Assembly (NCBI RefSeq): GCF_006345805.1
Contig: NC_042999.1
Coordinates: forward strand, 29,326,001 to 29,390,000
Reading direction: 5' to 3'
Length of the DNA stretch: 64,000 bases
Origin: Octopus sinensis
Taxonomy: Eukaryota
In this document: in pieces, positions 62,646-64,000 of the stretch
Position numbering within the stretch: position 1 is the first letter of the stretch
Layout of the letters: each line of letters starts with the position of its first letter
Notes under the pieces: generated by a model
What the model was told of the DNA's origin: nothing
The model's database searches: none
The model's input: the letters and a program-made list of their open reading frames with translations, nothing else
Made by a program: the position numbers and the translations under genes

Positions 62646-62769
62646 TTTATAAAAGCAGGCGCATATGTACATTGCAATGAGCGGATCGATAAAAAAATTA
62701 ACGAATTATCCTACTCATGGCGCACGGTTATTAGACATATCTTCTTGATTTTGTGGCTTATGAATTTTC

Positions 62770-62945
62770 TCCAGGGACAGGATGTCGGTCCATCGAAGGA
62801 TTACTCATTTATACTGGATGAAATGTTTTGAGCAACATGAAATGACTGCTCAAGAACGAAACGCAATAACCGGTCGTGGAATAAAAGTTCCAAACTTAGG
62901 TTTATGGTTTCAAGGGACTTATCACTGAACCACGTACCTACATAT
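62770..62945 (-). mobile_element. Degenerate tRNA-SINE (V/CORE-like), third family
   Basis: GTCCATCGAAGGATTAC...GCTCAAGAACGAAAC...CACTGAACCACGTACCT resembles the antisense of V/CORE-type SINEs. Recalled consensus only. Confidence 0.45.
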
Positions 62946-64000
62946 CACGTTTATTTCAGCATGCAAATTTGATTACATTCTACGCATGTTCAGCCTTCTC
63001 TTTATACTTTTCCTTTGCTGAATATTGAAGTCATCGAAATTACGAAATGTGTTTGCAATATAAAGCTAAAAATATTCGCAATGTTTTGAAATATAAGTGG
63101 ACGTAAAATACATACATATTTAATACGTAAGTAAAAACAACATAACAATACTCGCCATCCTATCTGCCGGTAATTGTTGTGCGCGCGCAGAATAGAATAT
63201 TTTCCCATCTACACATAAGCAAATACCTATTCTTTTCATGTTTTCAGTATCACACATAATGAAGAGAGGCGACAATTGTTAATGACATTTTAGCGATAAT
63301 GCAGAAATCAATACTTTTGTATTTATATGATCTCCTTTTAGGCTATGACAAATCTTTTATATGGGAAATAATATAATTTTTTTCAACAGGTAGCTTCAAA
63401 ATGCTCAAAGATGTAATTTTCTTCAAGAATTCACAAATTCATGTCTGTTGTTCACCATTTTCAACGCCTGTAGTAGAATGCTGTACTTCTGTAAGAGACA
63501 TATCTCCCACTTTCCTGAATCGGTTATACAGGGGGCGCCTAGCATGAAATTGAAAATTCAATTTAATCAGTCCCCTGATTAATGTAATTTAGAATCCTCA
63601 TGTATTTGAATTGTTAACTTATATGTTGTTTTTATAGCATAGCAATATATGCTTTATATGCTTCTTTTGTGCAAATCTTATTTTAAACATTTTGTTGTTG
63701 TTAGACTCTTATATCAAATGTAGATAACGAGAGAAACTGCTATAAAATGGGTAGAGAATTGGCTTGCAGAAATTGCTTAGAGCAGATTTTTTCTGCTCGT
63801 GATGGAAAAGTATGCTATCTTGTTTTTTTCTTAATACTAGGTGTAAAATTAATCTTACGTTAGTGTTAGTTGCCAATTGATAAGGATAAACATATTATGT
63901 GGAGTTTCTGAATAACTGTTAAAAAATTAGGATATGATTATTTTTTTAATGTTATTTTCTGTTCATGAACAGTTGTATCGCTGTGAACATACTGTCATAC

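Overview
This is AT-rich, repeat-dense animal genomic DNA, most likely from an octopus. That call is an inference from the tRNA-derived SINE families, the Dong/R4-like LINEs and the abundant (TA)n, (AAT)n and (TG)n microsatellites. I could not support any host exon, tRNA, rRNA or CRISPR array. The window is mostly retroelements sorted by microsatellite type. (1) Penelope-like elements (PLEs) carry type I hammerhead ribozymes (HHRs) and end in (TA)n. There is a near full-length, disabled Neptune-type RT plus GIY-YIG element in partial-tandem form at 50.0-55.5 kb, with two minimal HHRs that share a variant CUGUUGA core. There is also an apparently non-coding 1.9 kb cassette bounded by two inverted HHR-bearing arms at 27.76-29.68 kb, and a diverged relative of that HHR at 377-444 with compensatory stem changes. 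(2) R4/Dong-like LINEs and a non-coding ~530 bp element form same-orientation trains inside (AAT)n arrays. (3) SINEs, RTE and L1/Tx1 remnants and a 213 bp foldback make up the rest. The best leads are the long-stem-II HHR family with a GATC palindromic stem III, and the apparent split of target sites between (TA)n and (AAT)n. All alignments and folds were done by eye, and the ends of degenerate elements are approximate.
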